Source: Octopus sinensis (taxonomy: Eukaryota). From it: 32,173 nt of DNA. The stretch covers positions 1 to 32,173 of the forward strand of contig NW_021832498.1 in assembly GCF_006345805.1 (NCBI RefSeq), in the 5' to 3' direction. Within the stretch, counting starts at the first letter, position 1; the number at the start of each line of letters is the position of its first letter. Made by a program: the position numbers and the translations under genes. Of this stretch, positions 9,034-23,584 are shown in pieces. The notes under the pieces were generated by a model that was given only the letters and a program-made list of their open reading frames with translations, was not told the origin of the DNA and made no database searches.

Positions 9034-9497
9034 CATTAATCCCTCGACTATCGCGGGTGTTACGTTCCAAACCCCACTGCGACGGTGAAAGTCTGCGAAC
9101 TAGATACAGAACTGTGAATTCTTTTAAAATCATTTTTACAATTTGTATATATTTACTTTATCGTAGATGCAAAACAACACAACACACTCATCTCCCGAGT
9201 TTCGTCTACCATACAGTATGTCGGTACACTACGTATTTTCTTTTAATATGTTTTGATTAATGTTATACAGTGCAGTAACTTACTGTATTTTATTAATTAA
9301 TTTACTATTTTTATGCGTGAAAATGTTTATTTAACCACAGAGATAATTAAAATCTAAAATAATATGAATACATATCGGCCGCAGAAATCCGCGATATACT
9401 GAGGAGTCTGCGATATAAATTTACATATATTAGTTAGAAAAATCCACGATACTCTGAGGGCGTGATAGGTGAACCGCGATATAACTAGTAATTACTG
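9034..9497. mobile_element. Degenerate pogo/Tigger-like non-autonomous DNA transposon (MITE)
   Basis: Left end CATTAATCCCTCGACTATCGCGG and right end CCGCGATATAACTAGTAATTACTG are imperfect inverted repeats resembling CAGT..-type pogo/Tigger TIRs; repeated subterminal CCGCGATA motifs. Confidence 0.55.
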
Positions 9498-9504
9498 CAT
9501 GTAT

Positions 9505-9925
<421 letters not shown>

Positions 9926-10438
9926 CCATACGTGTGTGTTTGTGTGTGTGTGTGTATTTAGAGGCATATATATATATATATATATACAACTTATAAATAA
10001 GGGCAAACGAAAAAAATTCTAATGCCAAATATGCCGAAATTGGACATATTGTCCATAACCAACATGTTTATAATTTTAACCTTGAAAGGTATTTTTTAAT
10101 ATGCTGGCCATTGATAAAATATTTTCTTTCGAAAAAAAAATTTTATCCTACATTAAATATATATATATATATCCACACACATATATATAATATTATATAA
10201 TATAATATAATATAATATATATATATATAATATATAATAATATATATGTATGTATGATATATAATGTATTAATATGTATTGTGCGTGATTGTATGCGTGA
10301 TGTAAGTGTGTGTGGGGATATATTTTAGATGATAGAGAAATTAGTAGAGTGGACTGGTAAACCTTGAAGGTTGTGCTGTAGCATGGCCAGTATCCTGAAA
10401 CGAAGCAGAATATATATGCGAGTGTACGTGAGGAGTAC

Positions 10439-10504
<66 letters not shown>

Positions 10505-10981
10505 GTATGTATGTATGTGTGCCTAAGTAAAACATTTAACGTGTTGCTAATAAGTGTTGGTAGATAGAAAATTCACCACAAACGAATAAGAGGCGTATGT
10601 TGAAAGACAACGTGTACAGTGTATACAGAAACGTTTGGAAAGGCAAAAACTTTCTAAGACTTTTTACACTTCTGTCAACTCTGTCAGACAATCATTAACG
10701 GTAACCATATTCTTTGATCATTAATCATCGTTCCAATCAAGTGTCTGTTATTACCAATTAATGGAAGCGTCATTAACGTGGTGTTCTTCAGTGTTACGCT
10801 GGAGACGTTCTTTTAACTGATGCTAACGATTCCATCTAATAGTTTACTACTGGTCGTAAACGGCACGCCGACCGGATGCGAACACATTCTTAGCCATATA
10901 TATATATACAACACACGCACACAAAAGTACTTCGTACATACATATGTGTACACATACATGCAATATATATACATACATACA

Positions 10982-11013
<32 letters not shown>

Positions 11014-11089
11014 AATATATATAATGTACACACACAAAAAATAACAGACACAAAATCAGACGCATAAATACAGAATCTACACTCAAACA

Positions 11090-11277
11090 CTCATGATATA
11101 TATACATATATACATCTGCATACATAAATTATATATATATATATATATATGTTATATTATATATATGTATATATATATATATGTATATTTATATATATAT
11201 ATATAGATTTATATATATGTATATATATATAGATATATATATATATAATATTATATATATGTATATATATATGTGTG

Positions 11278-11310
<33 letters not shown>

Positions 11311-11416
11311 TATATATATTATGGAATATATATATATTATATATATATTATATATATACATCCTCTATACTATATATAATATATATATATATATTATATA
11401 TATGTATATATATATA

Positions 11417-11448
<32 letters not shown>

Positions 11449-11600
11449 CATACAGACACGGAGAGTCAGATATAGGTAGGTAAAATACAGATGTATACAC
11501 TAAAATACACACACACACTCGCACACATATATGTATATGTATATATAAACACATTATATACACTAGCATACCCGAGTGCACAAAGCCATTAATGTATATG

Positions 11601-11632
<32 letters not shown>

Positions 11633-11689
11633 CAACAATTTTATATATATATATATATATATATACATTAATGGGTTTATCTATCGATC

Positions 11690-11779
<90 letters not shown>

Positions 11780-12010
11780 CTATCTATCTATCTATCTATA
11801 TATATATATATATATCTATATAACTATTATCACCCCTCCCACCGCTCACTACACATAAAGTAAACTTATGCATGACACATTTGTGTATTTATCTCTCCCT
11901 AACTTTACTCATACTAAACACAAACAAAACACACACACACACACACATACAGACACACACACGCACTCACCACACATGCGTTCATGCACACACAAGACAC
12001 ACATAACAAC

Positions 12011-12058
<48 letters not shown>

Positions 12059-12061
12059 GTA

Positions 12062-12092
<31 letters not shown>

Positions 12093-12222
12093 CATATATG
12101 TGTGTGTGTGTGTGTGTGACAATAGTTTCGCGTAATTGAATGTACACACCAGAACATACCTGTGTGCACTTATACACCCACGCACTCACAACTCATGTCC
12201 ATCTGTGTATCCATATCTATCA

Positions 12223-12275
<53 letters not shown>

Positions 12276-12284
12276 CATATACAC

Positions 12285-12327
<43 letters not shown>

Positions 12328-12440
12328 AAACATTTGATTAAAATATAAGTATGTATAAATTTATGCATATATTTAAACACATGTAGTCCCATACTTTAGC
12401 ACACATGTGTATATGTACATATGGATACATGCATGTGTTG

Positions 12441-12471
<31 letters not shown>

Positions 12472-12675
12472 GTGTGTGTTGTATGTGAGTGGGTGTGTGT
12501 GTGTGTGTGGTGTGTGTGTGTGTGTGTTGTGTGTAGATATATACGTATACACACTCACAACACACACTCACACAAACAAATGTACATATCATATGCTTAT
12601 ATATGTAAAAGTATATATATATATATAATATATATGTACATATGTAAATAAATTTATATATATATATGTATATAT

Positions 12676-12716
<41 letters not shown>

Positions 12717-12909
12717 TATATTTATACTTACAAATTTATATATATTATATGTGTGTGTGTTTACATATTTACATATATACACTGAAATATATATATAACT
12801 GTACATATATATCATATATATATAAGATATATATATTATAAATATAAATATATGAATATAGATCAATTTGTGTATAGATATATATACAAAGTCATATATA
12901 CTACATATA

Positions 12910-12947
<38 letters not shown>

Positions 12948-13024
12948 ATAAATATATGAATATAGATATAAATTTATGTATACAAATATATATACAAATA
13001 CATATATATACAGATACATGTATA

Positions 13025-13060
<36 letters not shown>

Positions 13061-13521
13061 TTTGATTTTGATTTTTCCAGTTTCAGCTCATGAGCTGTGG
13101 CACTTATATATATATATATAAATTTATGCACACACAAGCATATATACACACAGACACATTTATATGCCAGAGTCATATATCGATAGGAACGTATTCATGC
13201 AGATACATAAATAATGAACACGTGCGCAAACATAATTGTTTAGTTTTTCGTAATGTATGCATAATGAATATATATTATACATTACTCGTTTAATTATTCA
13301 ATTAATCTATCATTCAATTCATTTCTCCATGTTTCTGTATGTATGTATGTATGTATGTATGTATGTATCTATCTATGTATGTATGTATGTATGTATGAAT
13401 GTATGTATGTATGTATGTATCTATCTATCTATCTATCAGTCTTTATTCTATACACACGCAATTATACATATATTTATATACAAGTACGTATTATATATAT
13501 GTATACATGTATATGTCTCTG

Positions 13522-13598
<77 letters not shown>

Positions 13599-13675
13599 GT
13601 ATCTATGTATCTATGTATCTATCTATGTATCTATGTATCTATCTATCTATGTATCTATGTATCTATGTATCTATG

Positions 13676-13751
<76 letters not shown>

Positions 13752-13799
13752 AATGCATATATATACACTCACAAACACGCACACACTCACACACACAAA

Positions 13800-13850
<51 letters not shown>

Positions 13851-13880
13851 CTCACATATATGTATGCGTATATGTAAGTA
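11090..13880. repeat. Compound microsatellite block: (AT)n, (ATCT)n, (ATGT)n, (AC)n
   Basis: Direct reading; it accounts for the many Y/I/H/T low-complexity ORFs. Confidence 0.95.
13058..13101 (-). mobile_element. Short 3'-end retroposon fragment with (AAAATC)n tail
   Basis: GTTTCAGCTCATGAGCTGTGGC is shared with 24401-24456. Confidence 0.55.
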
Positions 13881-14378
13881 TGTATGCATTTGCAAACTGG
13901 AGCTTATACGAAGTGTATTCGCCTATGCTTACCAATACATAATAATAACTGCACATCGCATTGTGCTCTATTTGGCAGACATCGCGTACCTCCGCGTATA
14001 TACTCTGCCACGTATATACATTCACACACATAATGGATTTCATTATGGGTAATTAACTTATCCCAATAATTAGATTTCGGCAAATTACCTTATTGTCACT
14101 GTAATAGCCATCGCTAATATCGTTAGTGTTATTTTCTTTACTTTTATGATCAGTATGCTTTTAATTTTCAATGTTCTCATTATTTTTCTCTCATAATGAT
14201 GTTACATTTTTGCTCTTTCTTCTAGGTTGTACTTTATAATAGAATATTGTACTCTATTATACTATATTGTACACTATTGACCTCTATTGTACTCTATTAT
14301 ACTCCATTGTACGGCATTTTATTACGTTATATTTTGTTTTGTTCTGATTTATAAAATAACCTCTCTCTACATGTATCT

Positions 14379-14429
<51 letters not shown>

Positions 14430-14488
14430 ATATATATACATACTACCACACACATATATACGTGTGTGTGTGTGTGTAAATATATATA

Positions 14489-14711
14489 GGCGCGTGGCCT
14501 AGTGGCCTAGGCGCGTGGCTGTCGCTCTCACGATCGCTAGATTGTAGGTCCATCTCCAGGCAGGGCGGCGCGTTGTGCTCTTCGGCAAATTCCTTACCTT
14601 CTTACCAGTAGCGGAATGTTGGCCTGCTTGCCTGGCCAGCAGGATGGCGACATTTGGAAGCTAAAACAATGCAATAGTGCATTGGGACAAGAGATATGTA
14701 ACAGCATCTGA
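14489..14711 (+). mobile_element. Degenerate tRNA-derived SINE
   Basis: Head GGCGCGTGGCCTAGTGG (A-box-like) and TCACGATCG..GATTGT..GGCGCGTTGTG resemble the head of the SINE at 18648-18893, but the 3' part differs. Confidence 0.6.
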
Positions 14712-14789
14712 TATATATATATATCAAGAAGTATAACTTAAGTGTAGATAAACATTATTTATGTGTGTGTATATATATATATATATTAT

Positions 14790-15165
14790 TCTTTTATTTG
14801 TTTCAGTCACTTGACTGCGGCCATAATGGAGTACTGCCTTTAGTCGAACAAATCGACCCTAGGACTTATTCTTTGTAATCCTAGTACTTATTCTATTGGT
14901 CTCTTTTGCCGAATCGCTAAGTTACAGGGACGTGAACACACCAACATAGGTTGTCAAGAGATGGTGTGAGACAAATACAGACATACAAACATAAACACAC
15001 ATACACACACACACATTTATACAACTTCTTGTAGTTTTCGTGTACCAAATCCACTCACAAGATTTTGGTCGGCCTGAGGCTATAGTAGAAGACACTTGCC
15101 CAAGGTGCTACGCAGTGGGACTGAACCCGGAACCATGTGGTTGGTAGACAAGCTACTTACCACAC
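14790..15165 (-). mobile_element. SINE family S1, near full length
   Basis: Alignment to other S1 copies; CCTTGGGCAAGTG CORE-like motif on the minus strand. Confidence 0.85.
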
Positions 15166-15605
15166 ACACACACACGCGCACGCACACACATACATACACA
15201 CAAACACACACACACACACACATACACATTCAAATAAGCTATCATTATCTTTAAAGATATAATGACAAAGTAGCTAGCGAACATAACCAAAATAAAGGCA
15301 AGATATATATGTTATTAAAACTCTCTAAACCACGTATCTCCCACTATATGTCAACATGCACGGAGAACGTAACCAGTATACTAAAAAACAGTCTTCCCAT
15401 TTATAAGACCACAAAGAGAAGAGGAGATATCCCAGTATCAATTGATTTCGCCGAATGGCACTTAAACATCATCAGCTTGACTTATTACGTAAACTATCTT
15501 TAGATGCGTGGTTTAGAATAGTTTTAACACTTCTTTCTAGCAAACAGGTGCATATTGTACCCTGACTTTTAAATTTATACACACACACACACACACATAT
15601 ATATA

Positions 15606-15835
15606 TCTTTACTCTTTACTCTTTTACTTGTTTCAGTCATTTGACTGCGGCCATGCTGGAGCACCGCCTTTAGTCGAGCAAATCGACCCCGGGACTTATT
15701 CGTTGTAAGCCCAGTACTTATTCTATCGGTCTCTTTTGCCGAACCGTTAAGTGACGGGGACGTAAACACACCAGCATCGGTTGTCAAGCAATGCTAGGGG
15801 GACAAACACAGACACAAACACACACACACACACAC
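15606..15835 (-). mobile_element. SINE family S1, 3' half, well preserved, (GAGTAAA)n tail
   Basis: Alignment to other S1 copies; ends at the internal (AC)n. Confidence 0.85.
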
Positions 15836-16275
15836 AAGAATTTAAATCAGGTACAATCATTTTATTTTAAATATTCATTCAAAATGCGTTTGCAGTCGGG
15901 AATAGAATATGTGTACAACACTGTGTTATTAGTCAACAGATAACACGATAGAAGATGCACCAGGAATAAAGAGTATATGAAGTTATTTAGTTAGTTAGTG
16001 AAAGAGTTTGCAAAGATAGTCAACTGAAATATATAGTATAAGATTATGCAAAGATATTCAACGGAAACGCGCGATACAAGAAGGAATATAAGAAAATACT
16101 CAACTATACTACTCGGTACAAAAGAGAAAATAGATAAAGTTTATTGAACTATACAACATGTCAGGAAAATGGAGTATATTATGATATTCAACTACACCAC
16201 TCAGTGCAATGAGGAGTACCCAGAGATACTTGACTACACCAGACGATATGAGGAGGAAGATACAAAGATACTGCT

Positions 16276-16333
16276 GGAGCACTCCATCGGTTATGATGAT
16301 GAGTGTTTCAATTGAACCAATCAACGGAACAGC
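16276..16333 (-). mobile_element. Degraded 3'-end fragment of the SINE family at 25986-26369
   Basis: AGCACTCCATCGGTTATGATGATGAG...ATCAACGGAACAGC matches 25991-26046. Confidence 0.65.
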
Positions 16334-16521
16334 TTAAAAGTACTAAAAGAAAGCAATTATTCAAGGCTTGACTGTCTGGAAATTTTTTTTATAAATTCAT
16401 GTTCCAAGATTGCTATAATTTCAATCTCTGAACTTTGTGGTATTTTGAACTCTAATTTTTCACAAATTTAAATATTCATTGCATTCACTGCAGAAGTTTC
16501 CGTTTTGATTTGCTACCACCC

Positions 16522-16558
<37 letters not shown>

Positions 16559-18647
16559 CAAGACCCCTCAAAGCACCCAATGTCCCCATGGTATTATTTC
16601 GATATTTGCCGTTCTTTGTAAACTTACAACATCCCCGGATCAAAGAAGTGTCACCTCCCCCGGTTAAGCATAAAATAATGATCAACGACGTATTGCTGTA
16701 GATATTTAGCTTCAGATTGTGTATTTTAATCTCGATCACCCTTGCTTTTTTAGCTGACATAGTGCGCATTGGATTCCATTATGCAACGTGTCCTTCCTGA
16801 GTGACCATCCCCCGCCAAGGTTAGTATGAGAGAGGCAAAGTAGGGATTATAACGGTTCATTGCTGGAAAGAATTCAAGAACTGTAATCTACTGCAGAAAT
16901 CGCGAAATATAAGATTCTAAAAAGTAATATCTAATGTCACATTCTGAGTAGGATCGAACACAGGATATGAGGACTGCGATAAGTCATGATCAAGTGCTTT
17001 GTAAGTACTTGATTACGACTGCTTCCATACATATATGTGAACTAAACTAAACAGTCGTTAGTATACATACATGTATGCAAGGGCCATACACACAAACAGA
17101 TACACCGCCAAAGACACATAGATGTGTATGTGCGTATACATACACAAAGACATGTGTATGTGTTGATGTAAGATGTTGGCACATGTATATGTATATATAA
17201 ATATATAAATCTGTATAATATATATGTATATGTGTGTGTGTATTCGAGTATGTGTGTGCGTGTGCATGTGTGTGTGTAAATATGCAAATATATACATGCA
17301 TATATACATATACGTACCTATATCTATATGGGTATGTATATTCATATATATATATGTGTGTGTGTGTGTGCGTGCGTGCGGGTGTGTGTGTGTGTGTATA
17401 CATATATATATTTATATAAATATACACTGAAATATATGCGCGTGTGGAGTATATAAGTGTGTATATGCATTTATCGATTAATATAGTTCAATCACGCCAT
17501 ATACACACCTACCACATTTGCATATATTTGTTGATTCATTCGCCATTTTCCTCATTTTCCAAGTGCCATCGGTTGTGACAAGAAAAAAATAAAACACATA
17601 AATACATACACCTACAATTCACAAATATAAAACGAAAAGGTGAAAAGAAAATTGCACTTCATTATGACTTATTCGTTCAGCACCTACGTTATTTAGTACA
17701 CTCCAGTGAATTCTACGACTGTTATAAAGCTATTTTCTCGGACATATCTTTGATCCGTCTCCTACAGTTGTTAGTGTTAGCGTTGCAATATTAGCAGCAG
17801 CCCCTCTTCGACAATTTTCTTTAGCAGACGAGCGATTGATTTTGAAACGGTTTGGCGGGAAATATTATTAAAGGCATGTGAGTGTAATGGCTGAAAGATT
17901 TCTTTGCGAGGAAAATAATATATATATATATTATATATATATAGATGTGTGTATTTTCCCCTTGTCTTTGTGAATGTATATATATATATAAAACAGTAAC
18001 CGTGTATGTGTATGTACGTATGTATACACGCACACACACACACACACACACATATATATTATAATATATATATATATATATATATACATATACACACACG
18101 CGCACAAATACATTTATATACATTGCTTATATATATATACATAAATATGTATATGTATACCTATATATATGTATATATTTATATATATATATAATGTTAT
18201 ATACATACACACAAACGGACGCACGCACACACACACACACACACAGAGATATAGTACAATTCAACACAATGTCACTCATGCACCCACGTACATATACATG
18301 AACTTATACACGAATATATATATGTATGTAGACACACACATGCGCGCACGCAAACACAGAACTACACACATACACACACACAAACACTAACATAAGTGGT
18401 CAAAATATTCTAAAGATAAATACAACCGAAACGAGTGTGAATTCATTAGTATTTGTATTCAGTCTAGGTTTGTGTATGAACAATGTGATTTTGCTTGTGT
18501 GTGAGTGAGATTGTCATTATGTATTAAAATGCATGCATAGATGCATGCTTGGGTGCTTTTACGTATAGGTACATTCGAACGCATGTACGTACGATCCCCC
18601 ACGCACACACGAGTGTGCGTGTGTGTGTAAAAGAATAATACAAATAA

Positions 18648-18893
18648 ATGCGTCCTTTTAAAGCCTAGCCAGGCCCATGGTCCCGGTTTCCCGGTTTCTA
18701 TGGCGTATGTGTTCCCCAGCAGGACGAGACGCCAGTCCATCGCAGCGTTACCCATTTTTGTCAGCTGAGTGGACTGGAGCAACGTGAAATGAAGTGTTTT
18801 GCTCAGGAACACAATGCGTCGCCCGGTCCAGGAATCGAAACCACAATCTTATGATCATGGTGCTGACACCCTAACCATTAAGCCATGCGCCTC
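18648..18893 (-). mobile_element. tRNA-derived SINE with a V-domain-like core
   Basis: Minus strand has A-box TGGCTTAATGG, B-box GGTTTCGATTCC, and CTGCGATGGACTGGCGTCTCGTCC resembling the V-SINE central domain (domain name from memory). Confidence 0.7.
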
Positions 18894-19037
18894 AACAATA
18901 TAAAGAATAAATAATTTTTATTCGGTAAGCCTTTGCAAAAACTAAATGAAGCGATGAGCTTCAACAACTGGAACGAAAAATACTTCTAAATGTGTTTTCT
19001 GATTGTTCGTTGCTCATTTGAAGAGGGGATTATTTCG

Positions 19038-19162
19038 TTGCTTGGAAACAGGTAAAGGTTAGCGACAGGAAGAGTGTGATACCCTAGAAAGATCTGCCTT
19101 TACAAATTCCGTCTGACTCAAGCAAACGTAGAAAAGTAGACGTTAAAACGACCATGACGATG
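19038..19162 (+). mobile_element. 3' tail fragment of an RTE-type LINE or partner SINE
   Basis: GGTTAGCGACAGGAAG...GAAAAGTAGACGTTAAAACG followed by a degenerate (ATG)n-like tail resembles RTE-associated tails (from memory). Confidence 0.45.
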
Positions 19163-19219
19163 TTGACACAGTCACGCCAAAAAACTATATATACGTAATA
19201 AATATAACGAAAATATAAA

Positions 19220-19268
<49 letters not shown>

Positions 19269-19760
19269 CATACATGCATATATATATGTATATATATATG
19301 TATATATGAGGGCGTGTATGTCCATTGGCATTAACACTCTCGTTGTAATAATTCTGGTCCTAATCGTAGACTTCACCATATCAATGCTTCATTTCAATTT
19401 GCGAATATGTGTCTGAGTCTAAAATAATTTCATTTCCTTTGCAAATTGGATATTCTCCATTAAGAGCCGTGTTGATATCCGTTTCAATAAATTCGATCAG
19501 GTTGTTTAAAACGTTATTGCATAATCATATATATATGTGTGTGAGTATATGTATTTGATAAATGTTCACCAAAGTAGACAATTACAAGAGCCAGACAGAT
19601 AGACAATCCTATATATTTTATAGACATTTAGATGTTCTATTTATTTACAGATGTAATGCAATATTGTAATATACGGTTCAAATCTTAACCAAATACAAGT
19701 CATTCCGTATTCCACTTCTAAAAATTATTTATCACGAAGAGAACAGTAAAGAACACTAAC

Positions 19761-19868
19761 GTGGCAGAATCTGTAGCGATACTAGTTACATACCTTTACG
19801 CTCTGAGTTCGAATTCAGGAACAGAACGATTTTATCTTTTACGTTTTCGGCCAAATAAAAATAAATCC
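19761..19868 (+). mobile_element. Highly degenerate SINE of the same head family as 31757-32173
   Basis: GTGGCAGAATCTGTAGC ... TTTACGCTCTGAGTTCGAATTC matches the CTACGTTCTGAGTTCAAAT head segment at ~32070. Confidence 0.5.
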
Positions 19869-19951
19869 GCTTGAAGTTCTTTTCTACAGGGTGTTGTCTT
19901 GTAATCTAATGGTCGATGTTATAGATTGCTAAAAGATAACTGTCGTCAATA

Positions 19952-20510
19952 TACGAAAGGTCCCTAAAAGAAACCGGAATTTTGCAATATTATTTTATTC
20001 ACTTAGTTTTTCATGTTTACACTTTTATCGCCTTCAAAGTGTGGAGACATTTGAAGCAAAGAATCGATTTAGACGCATTTTCCACTTTTCGTAGTAATGC
20101 TTGATCCCTTGCAAAGTGATGCCTTTTAAAGCCTCCACCGTTTTTTTTTCCTCACCTCTTCTATATCTACAAATTCCGTAGCACCAGCTTTCGTCACCAG
20201 TGATGACCTTCGAAAAAGGTCCGGATCAATTTCCAAGTGTTCATGACACACGTTCATTCGTGATTGATTTTGACCTTCCGTGAGAAAGCCAGGCACAGAT
20301 CTTGCTGCAATTCTTTTCATTCACAGTTCCTCGCTCAAAATTCGTTGACATGAGCTCCAGGACACATCAATCATATCAACATCTTCGTCAATTGCACAGT
20401 GATGGTCCTCCCAGATCAGTTCATGAATTTTCCTGATATTTTCATTCGTTCGGGAATTTGACAGACGACCTTTCCTAAAGTGAACTTTCCCAAAGCGTTA
20501 AAACCACTGA
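19952..20510 (-). mobile_element. Internally deleted mariner (Tc1/mariner, DD34D-type) transposase remnant with one TIR
   Basis: Minus-strand translation gives QWF*RF..GRLSNSRTNENIRKIHELI..SCQRILSEEL*MKRIAARSVP.., then after a frameshift KVITGDESWCYG (20179-20208), fused to C-terminal EALKGITL..YEKWKMRLNR..FEGDK. TIR-like TACGAAAGGTCCCTAAAAGAAACCGG at 19952. Confidence 0.85.
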
Positions 20511-20603
20511 GGGTGGCATCAAGTGGCTTCGAGCGGCGGAAGCCTGAACTACAACGGGCTTGTCCAACAGAGGACGTTTCCGGTTACATTTGGGCACTTT
20601 CCC

Positions 20604-20716
20604 GGTTACTGGGTTCATTCATTCCCACTGCATATCACTCTGGGCAACTCTCTTTTACTATAGACTGACCAAAACTATCAGTGGATTTAGTGGACGGAAA
20701 CCGAAAGAAGCCTATC

Positions 20717-20720
<4 letters not shown>
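20604..20720 (+). mobile_element. Degenerate 5' half of an S1 SINE
   Basis: CCCACTGC..CTGGGCAA..TACTATAG..GTGGATTTAGTGGACGGAAACCGAAAGAAGCC followed by (AT)n. Confidence 0.7.
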
Positions 20721-20756
<36 letters not shown>

Positions 20757-21303
20757 TCACACACACATACCACACACTATATATATATATATATAATATA
20801 TATATACATATTCACACACACATCCACACACACTATATATATATATATATATATATTATATAGATATATATATATATATACATATTCACACACACATACA
20901 CACACACTATATATCTATATATTATATATAGAAAGAGAGAGATAAAACTTATTTGGAAATGGATGCGTGGCGTTTAATCATATAATAATATAAATAATAT
21001 ATAAAGATATATGCATACATGCATATATATATATGTACATACATATATTTGTATATATATGCATATATGGGCACAGGACACCACGGAACGTAAACAACAT
21101 GAAATACGAAAAATGAAAACATGGAATACGTTTTTTTTTGCGAACAACGAAAGAAACAATGGAAAACAAGACAAGCAACATGAATAAACGACACTTCATC
21201 AGTTGTTGGCTGTTTTCTTCTTCGTATTTCGAGCATTTCACAACAAGCTACGTTTTCAACATAACAGTTATCCCGCAAAGCAAATTAAATAAAATTTGGG
21301 ATT

Positions 21304-21336
<33 letters not shown>

Positions 21337-22144
21337 GTGTGTGTGTGTGCTTTAGATCCCCGCGAGACCGATACCAAGTTTTAAATATTCCTGGAGTCGC
21401 GTCGTTCGAGTAAGAGTCTTTAAGGTAGGCGGTTGCCCAGAATAACCGCATTCCAATGGCTGGAAGATAATATATAAACCCGTTCACTCTCTCTTACACA
21501 CGCATAACCAGGAAGGGGTACCCAGCGTTGTCCTAATATGATGAAATAAAGTTTTGTTAAGCCTAAATGATTTAACTTGTAGCAAGTTTTTATGTAGCGC
21601 CTTTTGTATGTAATTATATTGGCCTATATCGTGTGTATTGTAATACAGATAGATGTTGAAGGCTCAATTTTTCCTGTGTAAAGTTTTGAAACTACATTTA
21701 TTGGCGATTTAAATTTCGAGAATTTAGAAATAGTAGGTTTATGCGTATGTGGTGCTCCCTGGATGGCTGTTGATATAAGGCGCGGTAATAATGTCCTCAG
21801 GGATTGGATATTTGAATTTGAAATCAAAGAGCTTGAAAAAGATACAAAAGAATTCACAGATATAAATATATATACATATATACCTCTGGTTAAGTCGTTT
21901 CAACTTACGACACTTTCGAAGATACGTCGATCTTTCTAAAATATTAAACAAATATTAAATACAGTATTAATTGATGTCGTCTGGCAAAACAGCAATAACG
22001 CCCACGCTATACTGAACTGTTAGTTCCAGGTTGTATCGATTGGTTACGTTCGTATTCGTCTCCAGGAAATAAATGATAAAAAGTAACAGAAACATATAAT
22101 CTGTATTGCATATTAAAATTAATGTTAAAATACAGTATGCATCA

Positions 22145-22714
22145 ATGATCCCGAGCCGTTTTACGTTGAAGAAAATGCAAGAGGCTTTTTTCTCATTTAG
22201 ATAAATGTCTTGCTTTATGAGGAAATAAATCCCAATACTCAACGTTTTGTAAAAATATTGGTGGTGGAGAGGGTGTCAAGATACTATTGCACCTTATTAC
22301 CTAATCCTTGAAGAGAAGAAGGAAAAGACAATTCAAGGAACTTTTGACAAGTTCGCACAGCGATCTACACCATCACAACAAGAGTCAGCTGACGATCCCC
22401 AACCATCGACATCTAGCGGGTAAACTTCTCCTCTTCTTCCTCCTCCTCCTCCACCCCTACACCAGTCTCAACGAATAGCATCGATGTCAGCCATCAGGTA
22501 GGCAGCGGTACAGTATTTGAAATTAATTCTTTCTAATATAAAATCAGTCTAGGCTTGCCTAACAATTTACCGAATTCGTAGGCTAACATAAAAACAACTT
22601 AGTCTAGCCTTGGTTTTAATTATTACATGTATATACATTTAAATAATGGTTTTATTTCGACTTAAGTCGTGTCCTCTGGACCCAATTAACGACATAGGGT
22701 AAGGTATGATTGTA
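22145..22714 (+). mobile_element. 3' remnant of a pogo/Tigger transposon (transposase C-terminus plus probable TIR)
   Basis: With frameshifts it reads RFTLKKMQEAFSHLDKCLA-YEEINPNTQRFVKI..QDTIAPYYLILEEKKEKTIQGTFDKFAQR..PSTSSG*, paralleling the Tigger1 C-terminus (..DPNVERY..AIQCYRVIYDEKK..QTSLDHFF). Degenerate TIR-like end followed by TA at ~22712. Confidence 0.7.
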
Positions 22715-23257
22715 TAATTAGTTTATTTTTATTATTTTGGGCGAAGTTCTTACATTGTGCTATTTCATCCTTTTTTAGAACCTTCAACATGATTTTTTAC
22801 CTGTAAATTAGTTAATTAGATATATTATGAAGAGAATTGTTGCAGTAATATTAAAGATGAAGTTAATTATAGACTGGAGAAATTTCATGGAGTCATTATT
22901 TTCTCTATAGAATCTTCAATGTCTTCATTGTACAGAGTAATAGCAGTTTCCAGGGGCTATATATTTTCGTTTAATTTTAAACTGAAATGTAACAGATAAA
23001 AGAGAAGCAATTCTCATCAAAATATGTCTTATTTAGGAAGTGCTTTGTGTTAACCAATAAGTCTTCTGTATTTTTATGCTTTGATGAAAAGATGTTTAGG
23101 TCTACCTTCACGCATTCATTATAGATCTATGAAAGAAACGTGGATTTGTCATTTCAATTCTAGAGACTCCGGAGTAATTTACCGTGTAACTTGTTGCTGG
23201 TTATAGAAAAAAGACTGGGCCATCGGAAACAAAAGGAAGCTGTTTAATATGACATAT

Positions 23258-23513
23258 CTAATGAAATGAGGGTAATGTACTGCACGAAAACCTTTTCAGC
23301 TTTGGTGTCCGGCGTATTGGAGGGCCACTAGGGGTGAGGCAGCCCATAGCTTTTGTAAAGCATGTCTCTAAAACCTGCTTCAAACCCAGGCTACATCTAC
23401 TCCGATAGTCGGCGGTGACTTGGTCCGCGAATTCTCTGTGACGGTCAACGGCAAGATGAGCTGACATGGATCGGACTATCTCAAAGAGTGTTAACATCAT
23501 CTTTATATATGTT
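23258..23513 (-). CDS. Candidate coding exon of an unidentified gene (TYIKMMLTLFEIVRSMSAHLAVDRHREFADQVTADYRSRCSLGLKQVLETCF...)
   Basis: ~85 stop-free codons of normal composition in a locally GC-richer island; AG acceptor at 23515-23514 with a weak pyrimidine tract. No family recognised. Confidence 0.3.
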
Positions 23514-23584
23514 CTACAGATATTATAGTCAGCACTGATTTCTTTAGAAAATTTGTAGCGATGACCTTAACACGTGAATTATGT

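Noticed and set aside
16510-16819. Possible plus-strand exons (ORF 16510-16701; AG..GTTAGT-bounded 16714-16819)
   Set aside because: All frames of the splice-bounded segment contain stops, and the ORF is partly microsatellite-derived.
18800-18893. tRNA genes at SINE heads (also 26290-26369)
   Set aside because: A and B boxes are present, but there is no acceptor stem or cloverleaf and they run into SINE bodies.
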